Source: Rhynchopus sp. YZ270_cl-10 (lineage: Eukaryota). From it: a stretch of DNA of 64,000 nt. This document shows positions 12,455 to 25,160 of this stretch, one piece after another (position 1 is the first letter of the stretch; every line of letters begins with the position of its first letter). Below the pieces are notes generated by a model. The model was not told the DNA's origin. It saw only the letters and a list, made by a program, of their open reading frames with translations, and made no database searches. The stretch lies in NCBI GenBank assembly GCA_964035575.1, contig OZ037846.1, forward strand, positions 1,302,001 through 1,366,000. The letters run 5' to 3'. Both the position numbers and the translations under genes were made by a program.

Positions 12455-13312
12455 TGGTGTGGCTAAATCCAGTACAAAAACAGCACAAAAGAAGTACAAA
12501 AGAAGTACAAAAATTACACTTTATTTTGGGGGTGTTTTCGCGAAAAATTATTTCCCTGTATAAACTTTTTGGGGGTCGGGGTCGGGGTCGGGGGGTCGGG
12601 GGAAATTTTTTTTTTTTTTGGCCTACAAAAAATTGGGGAATTTTTTTTTCTTCTTCGATTATTGGGAGTCCGTGCGTGCTGTGATGGGTCACTTTGCGTT
12701 GAGAAATGAGTATTTTTGACCTAAAATGCATGCATCAGTTTTTACAGGGCATTTTCAGGTTTAGTGTAAAATATGGTCAGTACTTGACCACTGAGGGTAA
12801 AGTGCAAAGTAAACGTGGGGCAGTTTGCATAGCTGCGAACTTTGCTGCATGTTGTGACCCCACCATTTTACGGACGGAGCTCGTAGAACCCAATGAGGAG
12901 TGAGAAAGAAGGATATGGCCAACGAAAAAAGTAGCGTACCGTGCGCTTGCGGCGCAAGATTGCAACCCACCCTTTCCCATGACATAGTTCAGCAGCACAA
13001 ATGTGCAAGTATAAGCGCAATTTTTTGAAATGTTGCGCACCTGGCTTCGCCAGAAACTTTCGTTCTAGCAAAATACTAGGTAAAATTTACGGAACTGACG
13101 ATAATTACCAACGACAGTGCCAATTTATGTCGACATTTTTCAGAAATGTTGCGTACCGTGGCTTCGCCAGGAACTTTTGGGCCATGACTTGGGGCGATTG
13201 GGAAAGTACGAATTGGTACCAAAAATAAAAAAAAACCCCTTTTTTTGGGTATACAAAAAAAATACAAAAGAAGTACAAAAATTACACTTTATTTTTGGAG
13301 TCAGCCACACCA
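12455..13312. mobile_element. TGGTG-terminus TIR element, 5-bp TSD, innermost of the nest
   Basis: TGGTGTGGCTAAATCCA / TGGAGTCAGCCACACCA; TSD TCAGG. Confidence 0.85.
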
Positions 13313-14446
13313 TCAGGGGTAAAAATCAGGTGGGTTGTGGGAATATAGGGGGAAATGGGTGGGGTTTGGTCTGTACATTCCTATCCGGGTAAAAATCAGG
13401 TGGGATGGTTCTTGAGTGGCGCCTTTTCTCGTACTTCACTGTGTGTTCCTTCAAAGACTTGTACAAAAATTTCACGGCCGTTGTTTTTTTTTAACGGCCG
13501 TGAAATTTTTGTACATAAAAAGGGCGCTTTTTTTTCACGGCCGTTTTTTTTTATTTTTCACGGCAACGACGGCAGTGGGTCGAGCATTTTTTTTTCATTT
13601 CCGTGACGTCCGTTTTACTTGTATGATTTGATGTCAAATCTGTCAAAATAAGCAATAATCGAAAACTTTTGTACACCTGAGTGCACTTTGGAGGCCCGTG
13701 AGAGTCACCACCAAATCACGGGTTTTCTGACTATCATTTGCTTATTCCCACCCAAAACACACTATGAACCGGGTTTTCACTATTTTTTCGTATTTCAGGG
13801 AGAATTTTTGTGAATTTTTGGGTCACAGGGTGGTTCTGACCCATTCTGGGGGGTGTTTCGGGCCTGTAGTTGCTCAAGAGATGCCCACAAACGTGAAAAA
13901 TCGCCTTTTTACGTTTTTAGTAGTATTTTAGTGTAAATTGTTAGGGAAATCGGTTTTATACGTGGCTGCTAACAGAGCTGCACTCATATAAGTTGGGTTC
14001 TACTAGGAATTTTTGCTCAATTTTTTTTTCTTTGAACAAATTTTGTGCCAATCTTTCAAATAAAGCGTTAGATTTTTACACTGGTGGCATGCTTCCCAGC
14101 ACACATAAGATACTGGTTGTGCGCCCGAATTCGCCCGAATCTGCCCGAAATCGCCCGAATTCGCCCGAAATGTGCCCAAATTCGCCCGAAATGCGCCCGA
14201 ATTCGCCCGAATTACGTATAAATTCCCTTTAAAACGCCCGAAATATATTTCGGGCACATTTCGGGCGCTCGGGATCCGCGCCCGAAAAATTCGCCCGAAT
14301 TCGCCCGAAATATATTTCGGGCGGTCCAAGTATGATCAGAGTTACTATTTTTCCTTTCAAAATACAACCTTCACATACTCTCTTATGATTCCCCTCCCTC
14401 CAATCAGAAACACCCTCCCCTCCCCTCCCCTCCCCTTCACGTTATC

Positions 14447-15574
14447 ATGGAGCCCATCAGCGAAGTGTTGAGCATAGCTGGGCTACGCCATGACGCTGCC
14501 AGCGCCTGTCAGAAGCTTGGGATCTGCAGTGCCGGGGATGTGGAAAGATTGGATGTGGCACGTGATATGCAGTACTTAGAGCAGCAGGGACTCACTTATG
14601 TTGATATCATTAAGATGAAGGAGGCGACGGAAACCTTGGGGAGACATCCAGTGAAGACAACAACTCTTGCGAAGGCGACGGGGAAGATGCACAGCCGCGA
14701 CTGGGTTGAACCAAACACCCTTTCCCCCGCACGATCTCCAAAACACATCGAAAATGCATCGTTCCTTGCAGGGATCTCCGCCACCACCTCGCATAAGGTG
14801 GCCAAGAGTAAGGCACAACGTCCGGTACAAAAAATTCATCCACAGTTGTATTTCGCAGATGAACACATTGCGTTGAGTCCCATCAGTATGCATCCCATCA
14901 AGCTGAGAGGTGTGGTATGGCCTACTGCATTGCATTACGTGGAAGGGGTGAGGCATGACCGTACTATTTATGCCGAATTGATCAGAAAAATTCACGATCC
15001 GGCGGATATGCTTGCCGCAAGCAAGAAGATCAGGCATTTTGCGAGGGGCACCGAAAAGGAGGATATGGAGCTCTGGAGGGAGGTCTTCGCAGCGAAGTAT
15101 TCGCAGCACGACAGCGCGCGGACCGGGTTGGTTGACACGGGAGATCTCGAGCTTGTGTACTCAGCGCCCGACGCGGTGTGGGGTGCAGGGCTGCACGGAG
15201 ACGGGGGTAACGTCATAGGGAAACTGCTCACCGAGGTCAGAACTAACATTCTGTACGGAAGTCTGCCGAGGTCATCGTCGCCGACTCCCCATATTGACAT
15301 TCCTACCTGTTCGGTCTGTGAAAAATACCCGCAAAGTGCAAACTCAACGTGGTGTACTTACTGTCGTGCTCATGTCCAACGTGGTTCTGATGAAAATGCC
15401 GCCGCGTTAGCACCGCGTGCAATGCGCGCAGAGTACCCCTTGTCGCGTGGCGCCTGTCGTATCTGTCAGCGGGTAAATGCTAATGCAGGGTTCTCGTGGT
15501 GTCAGACGTGCTTTGTGAAGGAGCGTGCAAGGCTCTATGGGAAGACAGAGCATGTACAGGCGAGGAGGTGTTGA
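14447..15574 (+). CDS. NADAR (YbiA/DUF1768-like) domain protein with SAM-like N-terminus and two C-terminal C4 zinc ribbons
   Basis: Motifs WPTALHY, AKYSQH...LVDTGDLELV...DAVWGAG...GGNVIGKLLTEVR match the NADAR pattern; C-terminal CSVC..WCTYC and CRIC..WCQTC. Confidence 0.85.
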   Translation: MEPISEVLSIAGLRHDAASACQKLGICSAGDVERLDVARDMQYLEQQGLTYVDIIKMKEATETLGRHPVKTTTLAKATGKMHSRDWVEPNTLSPARSPKHIENASFLAGISATTSHKVAKSKAQRPVQKIHPQLYFADEHIALSPISMHPIKLRGVVWPTALHYVEGVRHDRTIYAELIRKIHDPADMLAASKKIRHFARGTEKEDMELWREVFAAKYSQHDSARTGLVDTGDLELVYSAPDAVWGAGLHGDGGNVIGKLLTEVRTNILYGSLPRSSSPTPHIDIPTCSVCEKYPQSANSTWCTYCRAHVQRGSDENAAALAPRAMRAEYPLSRGACRICQRVNANAGFSWCQTCFVKERARLYGKTEHVQARRC

Positions 15575-16433
15575 GGAAGAAAATGTGAGAGAGTTGGCGC
15601 AAAGTTTCTGTTCTTTTTGTTCAATTTTTGTTTTGTAGGATAAGAGGGGTGCGGTGTGGTTTGTCTCCTTTTGTGCTGTGTGTTAGGAGTGATGTCGCGT
15701 TGTGCCCCCTCTTTTGTATTGTAGACCTTTTATTGATTTTTTTTTGTCAAATTTTGTACTTTTGTTTTTGCTAAAAATTCTAAAAAGAAAAAAATGGAGT
15801 TACCCCCTCTATCTTTCGTTTGACCCAAACATTGCTCACTTTGCTTTAAAAAACGCACATAAAAAAACCACATCTAACCAGAACTAACACAACCCCAACA
15901 CTTAACGTACCACCCCATCAAAAAAAAGGTTATCAACAGAAGAGAATAAACGCACCCATCGATCAAGAAAAAGCGAGAGTAAAAAAGGAGTAGGTAAAGC
16001 AACACCTAGGCCAAAGCAAAAAGCAAAAATATACGGCGGGAAAAAGGAAGCAAACCAAAAGGCATCAAACCACCTGCAACAATGTGCCTCTCGTCGTGCC
16101 AGATGGACGTTCAGGAGAGACAGGCACGTGCACAGACAAGGGGTCTCGAGAAGGTATTTCTTTTCCCTACCCACATGGCCCGCATCTTCCATCTTACCAA
16201 AAAAGACCCCCTATATTATATCCGTGTTGTTCTGCAGCACAACGATAGTTGGTAAAAGATGTTTGTGTGCACGGAGGAGAGCAAAAGAGTCAAAAGCTTT
16301 CTTTTGCTGTTTACAGTTTTCCCCTGCTAGAAACTCCCAAAAAATGCAAATACTCCTGTGTGGAGGGGTTTGATAGCCTTACAAAGTACTACAATGAAAT
16401 ACAATACAAAACAAACAAACTTTCAAACCTCCC

Positions 16434-17395
16434 ATGCAGCTACACTATATAACTGAATTGTTGGTACGTCGGTTGCGTACATTAATTTCACCTACCACCA
16501 CACAGGACACACGGCAGCATGCCATCAACCAGCGCATCGTTGATGTAGTGGCGCTCATTGACTACGTCTGCCGTATAAATGAGGACAGCACACCCAGCAA
16601 GACTGCCATCAGACCCACCTACGACCTCCTCACCACTCTTGCCGCGTCAACGCGCGCAGGGCCTGAGGTATGTAGCTATTCAGTTACAGCACTCCATAAA
16701 TTGGGCGTCTAAATAAGGCGGTTGGCGTTTTTTGGACCATATTTTGGAGTACTTTGCCCCTTTGAACATACAAAACACAGCTTCTGGTGACAATGCTTGC
16801 GTACATCACGCGTGTGACGGAGCAGGTGGACCTGCAGTACGCCAACGCGACCCACCTCGTGCTTGGGGCCTTCATCGTTGCCGCCAAGTTCTACGATGAC
16901 ACGATCGGGTTCTGTCCCAACTCGGTATGGCAAATGGATGATACAAAATGCTATCTTGTTGTGACTCTTTTTATTTGTGCTTGCATCCCCAGAGTTTGGG
17001 TGATCTATGAAACGGGGAGAGATTTTTTTTTTTTTCACTAGCTTCTCAGTAAGCTCTCACAGCCTGTTACGTGTCTCACGGAGACGGATCATAGATCATC
17101 CAAGAGCGGCTTTCATATCAGGTTTCCTTTTTACTGTAGGCGGCAGGGTACTTTGTGCTTTCATCCGGATGGCTGGCATCGTGGGTCAGTCGGAGGTGCC
17201 TGCACCAACACTTACAGTTTATTACAATAATAACATCACAAACAGGACTTCGCTGTCATTTCCTCGTCGAGTCTCTCTGACGTGAACAAGCTGGAACGCA
17301 CGATTCTCTCCCACCTGGACTGGAGCCTCCATGTAGATGCCGAAGAATACGAGGACTTAGTATCCATGATTGAGGAGCGTTCGTACCTGGCGTGA
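16434..17395 (+). CDS. Pho80/PREG (P/U-type) cyclin, spliced
   Basis: Exons 16434-16463, 16506-16667, 16781-16924 and 17246-17395 joined by GT-AG introns give ...IVAAKFYDD...NSDFAVIS...DVNKLERTILSHLDWSLHVDAEEY. The first 42-nt intron is in-frame and uncertain. Confidence 0.88.
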
Positions 17396-17952
17396 AAATA
17401 AAATAAAAAAATAAATGAAAAAAGAAAGAAAAATCCTTCAAAGAAAAATATTTTGTCGGCGTACATCCTTTGTGGGGGTTGTGCGCTGGGGGGGAAATAA
17501 AAAAGGAAAGGTAGTCATCATTTTTTTTTATATTTTGTTTTCGATATGTACGCATTGTCTGTGTACATTCAGATTTTTTTTTTTAGTTTTTGTTTTTTTT
17601 TGTTTGGGGGATTTCCTACAATGCCTACCTCGCTAATACCCACTTACTTTATAATACCCATGGTGTATCATCGTAAGTGGGTATTAGCAAGGTGGGCATT
17701 TCAGCAGCACCCTTTTTTTTTTATTATTTCTTCATCATGTTGACGGTTCTTTTCGTAAAGATGTGTATACCCGCCACGTTTTGCAAAATATGTCCAGAAA
17801 AAAAGCAAGGGTACATTTTTCGCACCCTCGTTGCCTTCTTTTCGTTTAAGAAAGTATATGATAACTCTTTCATGTAAAGATGTGTATACCCCTGCTTATT
17901 CGACTCTTTTCAACTTTTCTTATTTTTTTTTTTTTTTTTTTGTGAAAAAAAG

Positions 17953-18488
17953 CAGGGGACATTGGTAGTTTGAGATTTTGAAAAAAAAGCCGGTGTGAGC
18001 CAAAAAAGCCGGTGTGAGGCATTTTTTTTTCCCCCACGCATTTTTGGCAGAGACCTCCACAACTCTTTCCCCTCCGCGCCCTTGTCTAACCATATGACAT
18101 CAAAACTTTTCTGGCGAAGCCACGGTACGCAACATTTCAAAAATTGTGACATAAAATCGCACGCTTTTATAGCCAAACCATGGTAAAGGTAGCTGTGACT
18201 ATGGCATAGGGTAGAGCTGTGGGCTACCGCTCGTCATTTTTAGCTGCGCCGCAGGCGCACGGTACGCTACTTTTTTATGAGAGTTGCGAACATCTATTTC
18301 TTTTGATTGAACGGACCGATTGGTCTTTATGGTGGGGTCACATGCACATAAGAAACCGCTACAGATGTGGTTGTAGCCTTGTATGAGGAGATAAAATTCA
18401 GAAAAAAATTCAAAAATCCGCCTTTTTCTTTTTTTTTTTTTTTTCCTCAAAATCCCACACCGGCACACCGGCATACGAATGTCCCCTG
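17953..18488. mobile_element. hAT-type MITE
   Basis: TIR CAGGGGACATT; 8-bp TSD AAAAAAAG; GCCGGTGTG subterminal repeats. Confidence 0.85.
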
Positions 18489-19721
18489 AAAAAAAGAAAT
18501 GTTGTGCTTATCAATTTATTGAAGGCATGTGTTGAAATACTGTTTGTGTGGTATTGCAACGGCGCATCAAAGCATGTGTCGACAGAGAAAAAGAAGGGGG
18601 GGGGGGATAACAAAAAACAGATGAGTGACCAAGGAGGCCACTGTGCATCGTTCTTTGTGTTTTTTTTTTTTTTTCTTCCCCCAGTGCCTGCGTCCCACCG
18701 ATGTACGGTGAGGCGTTTAGCACAAAAAAAAAAAAAAATCAACTTATTTTTTCTCTTTTCTCTTTTGTATGTAGAGTATTCCCTATGAAAGAAAAATACC
18801 TTGTAACTGTTATCCCATAATAATAGTCTAAAAAGCAAGCATTATTTTTTTCTTTTTGTTGATTCCCCCCTAACAAATGACCCCAGTTACTTACCTAAGG
18901 TGGGTAATGAGGTGATTGTTGGGGGAAAAAGAATACAGGACAGCAGAAGGAAATCAACCCCGAAAAAAAGAGGCAAAACAACCCAGCACCTTTTTTGAAT
19001 GCAAAAAAAAAAAAAAGTAAAAATCTACATCCACATGACACTGTCATCGCAAATGATGGCATGGTGACACTCAGGGATCGCGTAGAAGTGTTTAGTATAG
19101 TGGAGTGCATCCTCGGGGTGACTACACTAATACAATCAAGAAAAAAATCTACTTTTTTTTTTAAAAAAAAAGGGGAATTGCGAAGTGTTCCCCTCCCACT
19201 CCAAGACAAGAACAATTAAACAGAGCACAAAGCACTTTCAAAACATACAAAAAGCATTTTCAAACTCCCCCTCCAAGACCTTACAGTGGCTGAGACAGAG
19301 GATAAGTCGCAATCTCATACAAAGTAACCCGCCCTTTCTCTCACCATCGAATTCGGTTTTCCTTCCCCCCCTCCCCCCCCCTACCCAGAGGTGATTTTCT
19401 CACACTTTGCTGGATGCTTCTTTGGCGCCCTTTTTGCCAAACAGTTCCCTCCCCCTCCCGCTTGTCCCCTTCCCAAGCAAGATGATGAAATATGAGGTGC
19501 TTAGATTCATTTTGCATTTTTTTGTTGTTCTCTTTCCTTTTCACCTATTAGCAAAAGCCAACTAAAAAAAAGGCTATTTTATTTGGGAAAAATGATTGTG
19601 TATGCCTGCTTACAGTTTTACCTGTAAGCAACACTCAGGGGGGGGGTTTGATGCCCCCCCCGTGGAGGGTCAGTGCCTGCGTCCCAGAGGCGTTTTGCAC
19701 TATCGCAAAGGGTGGAGCTTG

Positions 19722-19877
19722 CTGGCGACGCGGGATGAACCGAGAGCTGACTTAAGGTGCCCGAGTGGTCGCTCATCAGATCCCACAAAGGGTGTAGGTT
19801 CATCTAGACAGCAGGACGGTGGCCATGGAAGTCGGCATCCGATAATGAGTGTGTAACAACTCACCTGCCGAATGAAG
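19722..19877 (+). rRNA. Isolated 28S/LSU rRNA fragment (uL11-binding GTPase-associated centre region), pseudogenic
   Basis: CTGGCGACGCGGGATGAACCG...CATCAGATCCC...AGACAGCAGGACGGTGGCCATGGAAGTCGG...GAGTGTGTAACAACTCACCTGCCGAAT matches conserved eukaryotic LSU sequence; no flanking rDNA. Confidence 0.92.
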
Positions 19878-20167
19878 CTAACTTCACTTTAATAGTGGCC
19901 AATGCGTGTTATCGCTCTTTGAGGTTAATTTCCAGCATGCACAGAAAATAGTAAATTTTTTTTTTGAATCCTAAGCTAGACACACCGTATGTTGGTGTGT
20001 CACGTCTTCCAGTTTGTAAGAAGTTGAAAATGGGAAGTGCATTCATGTTTTACAAAAAAGAAAAAGGATTTTTCAACTTTATTTGTTTCTCTTTTGCTGG
20101 TTATCCCCTTTTGAAGCTTCTTCTGCATTGGCATTTTTTAGTTTGTTTTTTTTTTTGAAAATTGTAT

Positions 20168-20466
20168 CAGGCTCTCCGCTAGGATTTCCGATTTTGAAAA
20201 TGTTCTGTTGATGGTCCACGTGGTGGGGTACATGCTTGCGCCGCAGGCGCACGGTACGCAACTTTTTTTTTTTCCAACGCCCGATTTTGACTTTTTTGGG
20301 ACGTTTGAGCACTCACCTCTCCATATTTTCTTCTCCTGAGCTTTTTTGACAGGTAGAACGGGTCTGAACCACTCAGCAGAACTTTTTTTTTTTTTTTTTT
20401 TTTTCCCCCATTTTCAAAAAGTTCTGTTGACAATCAACAGAACTTTAGTACCTAGCGGAGTCACTG
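20168..20466. mobile_element. hAT-type MITE
   Basis: CAGGCTCTCCGCTAGG / CCTAGCGGAGTCACTG; 8-bp TSD AATTGTAT. Confidence 0.85.
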
Positions 20467-20534
20467 AATTGTATGTTGCCTTTCGTGGCTCATCAAATTT
20501 CACCTTTTATTTGGTTTTGTAACAGTAAGAAAAC

Positions 20535-21234
20535 AAGGGTCCTCAAGGGGGTGCAAAAAAAATTTTTTGCACCCAAAAAAAAAAAAAAAGAAAATTCGGG
20601 GGGTGCAAAAAATATTTTTGCACCCCCCCAAAAAAAAAAAAAGTTTTTTTGGGGCGGAAAAAATTTTTTGAGGGGGGATTTCAGGCTTCAGCAGGGATTC
20701 TCTGGCTTTTCGTCAGCACCACAACAGACACAGCCAAGCACCACTAGGTGGCTGTCACACTCACAATGTGTGAAAGTGGTGCCAGGGATGCTCCCTGCGA
20801 TTGTCGCCACCTTTAGCAGTCCAGGAAAGCAAGCGAAGTGATTATGTGGAAGTGTATTTCGTTTTATGCATGGGTACTGAGTGTAATTTTCCGCTCGCTG
20901 CGCTCGCGGAGGTACACCTTAAAAATTTTTTCCGCTCGCTTCGCTCGCGGAAAGACACCCCAATGTGAAATAAAAAAACGGGCGCAGGAAAATTTTTTTG
21001 AGCCTCCCACGATTTCACAAAAACCCAAAAAAATAGCGTCAGGCCCTGGTTTCCCCATTTTCCCGTGAATTTTCACACCTCTTCCAACTTTGTCAGGGAG
21101 GAGCGCGCGCGAAGCGCGCGTGACGACCGCTTGTGTGGGGAGAAAGCTCGGAATGGACTTTTCTGAAGGGTTTTGTACAGAAAAATTTTTGCACCCCCAA
21201 AATTCCCAGAGAGGGGTGCAGGCTGAGGACCCTG
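20535..21234. mobile_element. hAT-type MITE
   Basis: (A)AGGGTCCTCA / TGAGGACCCTG; 8-bp TSD AAGAAAAC; GGGGTGCA subterminal repeats. Confidence 0.85.
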
Positions 21235-22995
21235 AAGAAAACGGCAAAAAAAAAAAAAAGAGGAAAGCGACGTGCCGCGATGTTCACCAACCAAATTTTT
21301 TTCAAGAAAAAGAAAATAAAAACTTCATTGAAAATTTCGCACATTTCGAACAAAAAAAAAATTAAAACGAAAACGAAAACGAAACATTCCTTTTCCTCCC
21401 TCCAGCTCTGCATTGTCTGTTGCACGGGCCTTATTGAGCTAGAGAGAGGGGGAAAAAAAAACTTCATTTATCCTGTTTGTTACGTTTTGTCTTCTTTTTC
21501 TTCCCCTCTCGTTCCCCGGTTCAACTCTTTTTTTAAAAAAATGTGCCTTTTTTTTTTTTTTTTTTTGCATTTTTTTTAAAAAAAAGTGACAGGGGGCAGT
21601 CACTGCACACCACCGCCGCCTCTCACCCCTACTTTGCTCCTTTCCTTTTTCTTCCCCCTCCCGTCACAACACAGCCTAGCACTCACAACATCCAAAGAAC
21701 GAAAAACGGCTTCGGCCGATTGAGTACAGACCCTTTATACCAATAGGTCTAAAGGGTGATTGTCACTACAGCAAAAAAAAAAAAAAAAAAAACGGGAAGT
21801 ATGGTGTGGAGTTCATCCTCGGGTGTCTACACTAATAATCTTCAACAAAAAAAACAAAAAAATCGCACAAAAAAAAAAAAAAATGCTGTTGCGTGGCGAG
21901 AAAGCCACCCAAGATTGACTATCATGTTGCTGTAGTGCATCAAGGTTTTTTTTTTTTTTTAGAAGAGAAAAAAGTTTGTCCTGCACCAACAAGAGAAGGT
22001 CCTGTGGATATTGAGTACCCCGGGAGGTGAAGGAAGCGTTATTTATAAAGTCCAGAGCATCTTTGGTGGTGCCTGCACGATGAATAATAACGGTGAAAAT
22101 TAAGCAGGACTATGTTCGTCTCACCATTTTTTTTTTTTTTTAGTGACCGTGTGCATGCCAATGAAGTGCTCTCTGGGGTTCGATAAACCCAGTGTCTGCG
22201 TCCGCTGATGAATGGTGAGGCGTTTTGCACTTGCAGCTTCTCTCTCTCTCTCTCTTTTTTCTTTTTTTTCTACTGAAGTTTCAACTTGTGCACGAAGCAT
22301 TTTACTTTTCTTTTCTACGTTTTGCAAAACACACACCATAAAAAGAAAGATGGGACCATTTTTGTTGATCCCTCACCATATACTATCAATTTATTGATTG
22401 CATATGATGAAAATACTTTTTTTTGTTCTCTTTTCGATATTCGTACCCATCCCGCACTCCCCTCTTTCTTGAAAGAAGAAAAAATAGAAGAAAAAAAGAA
22501 GAAGAAAAAGCAGCAAAACAAAACAACATCACAAAGCAAAAAAAAAAAATCAAAAATCAAAAATTCTTCATAAAACCCCCAATTCAAGCCCCTTTTATTC
22601 AAGGTGACTAAGCATGAGAGGCTTAGGGGCATCTTATAAACTTTTTCCTTATTTGTAGCCTTTATTTTAAAGGTGTGCGTCCAACGTATTTTTAAATTCT
22701 GCTGTTCAGGAACGGGGCCCCATTTTTTTTTTTTGTTTTGTTATTTGCACCCCCCTGCAATTAATATCCCCCTTTTTGGCTGGGGAAAAGACAATCATCC
22801 CCAACAATATTGTGGAAACCAGCGCAGCTTTTGCTGTGCGATAACGAAATGTGATCAAAGGTGACTAAGCAAACGAGAGGCTTAGGTGAAGGGTCATCTT
22901 ATAAACTTTTCTTTATTTTCTTTTTTTTTCTTCAATATTCCACCCTTTTTCTCTCTCTCCCTCTCTTCCACTCCCTTTTTATTATTTGGATTTTT

Positions 22996-23253
22996 GAGGT
23001 GATCCAGCGCACACTTTTCCACACTTTTTCACACCGTGAAAACGTGTGAAACCAAGGTGAAAATGTGTGAAATTAAGTGAAAATGTGTGAAACCAAGTGA
23101 AAATATGTGAAACCAAGTGAAAACACCAAGTTTTTTTTCTGGAGGAATCCACTCAGAGTGCGTGAAGCAGTTTTTTTTTCACTTTCGTACACACTTTTTC
23201 ACACCGTGAAACCATGTGAAAATGTGTGAAAAAGCGTGAGACTGGATCACCTC
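22996..23253. mobile_element. MITE with GAGGTGATCCAG termini
   Basis: 12-bp perfect TIR, internal TGTGAAA repeats; TSD ambiguous in T-rich flank. Confidence 0.75.
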
Positions 23254-24231
23254 AATTTTCCTTTTCTTTTCTCTCAAGGGTAGATGTCCCGCCTATTGTG
23301 CTTGTTACATCTTTCCATCTTTGTGTTCAGGTCTTCATTTTCTGTCGTCTATCGTTCTAAAACGGGCTTCATCTCACAAAATATTGTACAAAAAAATAAG
23401 AGGGGTTTCTTCTCTGTTTTTTTTAAAATACCATATTCAGAAGCCTAACTAAACCCAACAAGATTTTATCAAAAAACAAATTCTTCTTTTGAGCAGAAGA
23501 TGAAGGGCGTGCTCATGAGAAAAGAAAACAGTACTCTCTTTTTTTCTTCTTTTTTTCCATTGACCACCTGATTTTTACCCCGCGTAAAGGCGCGTAAAGG
23601 CTGGGAAAAATGGGTGGGGTTTGGCCTATACTGGCCTGTACGGGCCTATACGCGGGGTAAAAATCAGGTGGATTGAGTGAGGCTAAGGTTCATTATATTT
23701 TTTTTTTAAACGAAAAGAGTGAGGGGGAATTTTTTTCTTTTTGTGTGTCCAGTTTCCCGCGTGAGAACTGTATCAAATGCAAAAAAATAATAACGCGCCA
23801 TCAAGCAGAGGTTTGCTTCGGTACCGCCCTTTTTGTAGATGTGTGTGCACGAGAGGAGGGGCACATTCATCTTCTGCTTTTTTTTTTTTTTGCTCCGCGA
23901 TAACGAATGTGATCAAAAGGTGGACTATGCAAACGAGAGGCTGAGGATCATCTTATAAACTTTTTTTTCTTTTTCTTTTCTCCCCTCGGCCAATGCGCCA
24001 TTTTTATCTAAGATTTTATGGATGCGGCCTTCCGCGGTCCGTCCATCTTTTCACAGTATTTTTTTCTTCTATTATTTTTCTCATTTCCTTATTTTCACAA
24101 ACTCCCCTTTATCGTGCTCTCTCAAATGTGTGTTTTGTGTTTGCCTTTTTTTGTAAGGCCCCTCACTTTTTATCTTCAACGGTGTGTTCTGTTTCTTTCC
24201 CCCGTCTCTTTTCTCTTTTCTCTTTTCTTTA

Positions 24232-24377
24232 CGCACACTACTGAACGGAAAAGTGTCAACGTCGTTCACCCAACCGTGCTCCGCAACACCACCACCCAAA
24301 TAGGTAAGAGTATGTGTGGAAGCGTCAGCAAACAACTACAAGAAAGGGGGTGAGGGAACGACAAAGTGGCAGTTTTT
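24232..24377 (+). repeat. Short structured repeat family F8 (~145 nt)
   Basis: Nested helices AAAAGTGTCA/TGRCASTTTT, GTCGTTC/GAACGAC, CCGCA.CAC/GTGTGG. Other copies 30507-30663 and a MITE-interrupted copy at 31651/32147-32195, all on +. Confidence 0.8.
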
Positions 24378-25160
24378 GATATGCCACAAAAAGGTCTTTA
24401 GGCTACTTAAGGTCATCTAAAGTAACTTCTTCTTTGGCTCATGGTTGGGGTGTCCACCCCCGGTACAGCCGGTCATGCACCAAGGTACACGAGAGGGCTT
24501 TGTATTTCAAGTCAGCTCTTCTGTCTTTCTTCTTGGTGTGTGTTCACATGAGAGCAATTCATGTTTACCAATGTTTGGTGTGGCTGAATGGGTAAGTACG
24601 CAAAAGAAGTGCGTACCTTTGATACACCCCTTTAGCCACCCCCAAAGTTTTTTTTTTTAACCCAATGCCGTCACTCTTCCCTCCACATTCCCCACAGCAG
24701 CAAACTAACGAAAAAAAAATTCTTTTTTTTTTGGTGGCCAAGCATGACTCAGCACAGAGAGGCTAGGTTCATCTTATAAACTCTTTTATTCCCCCCCTCC
24801 CCTCAGCTTTACCCACCCCTCTCTAGATGCAGTGTGTGCCCTACCGTGCGGCACATGCTTCATCTCTCCAATTTTGGTTACTCTTTTACATGCAGGTTAC
24901 CCAAGTGAATACCGTTTTCTTACAAATTGTCGACCGTACTAATGTTCGACCTTGTCAGAATTTTTCTGGAAGTTCGACCTGTTTTTACGGTCGATAATTT
25001 GTACGAATACGGTACATCTCATCTGATGGTTTTCCTTTTCCTTTTATTACAGGTGATTGTCGACACAAAAAACCCCCCTTTTCTTAGTACTGAGATCGTG
25101 GATGAGTCGTAATCCCAAACAACGTAACGCACCCTTTCTCTTAGACATGATGTCTACAAA

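Larger units (their letters stand above)
10798..13625. mobile_element. CATA-terminus TIR element, 6-bp TSD, nested
   Basis: TIR CATACAAGTATAACGG; TSD ATTTGA at 10792-10797 and 13626-13631; ACGGCCGT subterminal repeats. Confidence 0.9.
10584..14334. mobile_element. CATA-terminus TIR element, 6-bp TSD; outer member of a three-level nest
   Basis: TIR CATACTTGGACCGCCCGAAATATATTTCGGGC; TSD ATCAGA at 10578-10583 and 14335-14340; many GCCCGAA subterminal repeats. Confidence 0.92.

Noticed and set aside
19722..19877. Functional rRNA gene or natural LSU fragment gene
   Set aside because: Only ~155 nt, embedded in a repeat, with apparent substitutions at conserved sites (GATAATGAG versus usual GCTAAGGAG).
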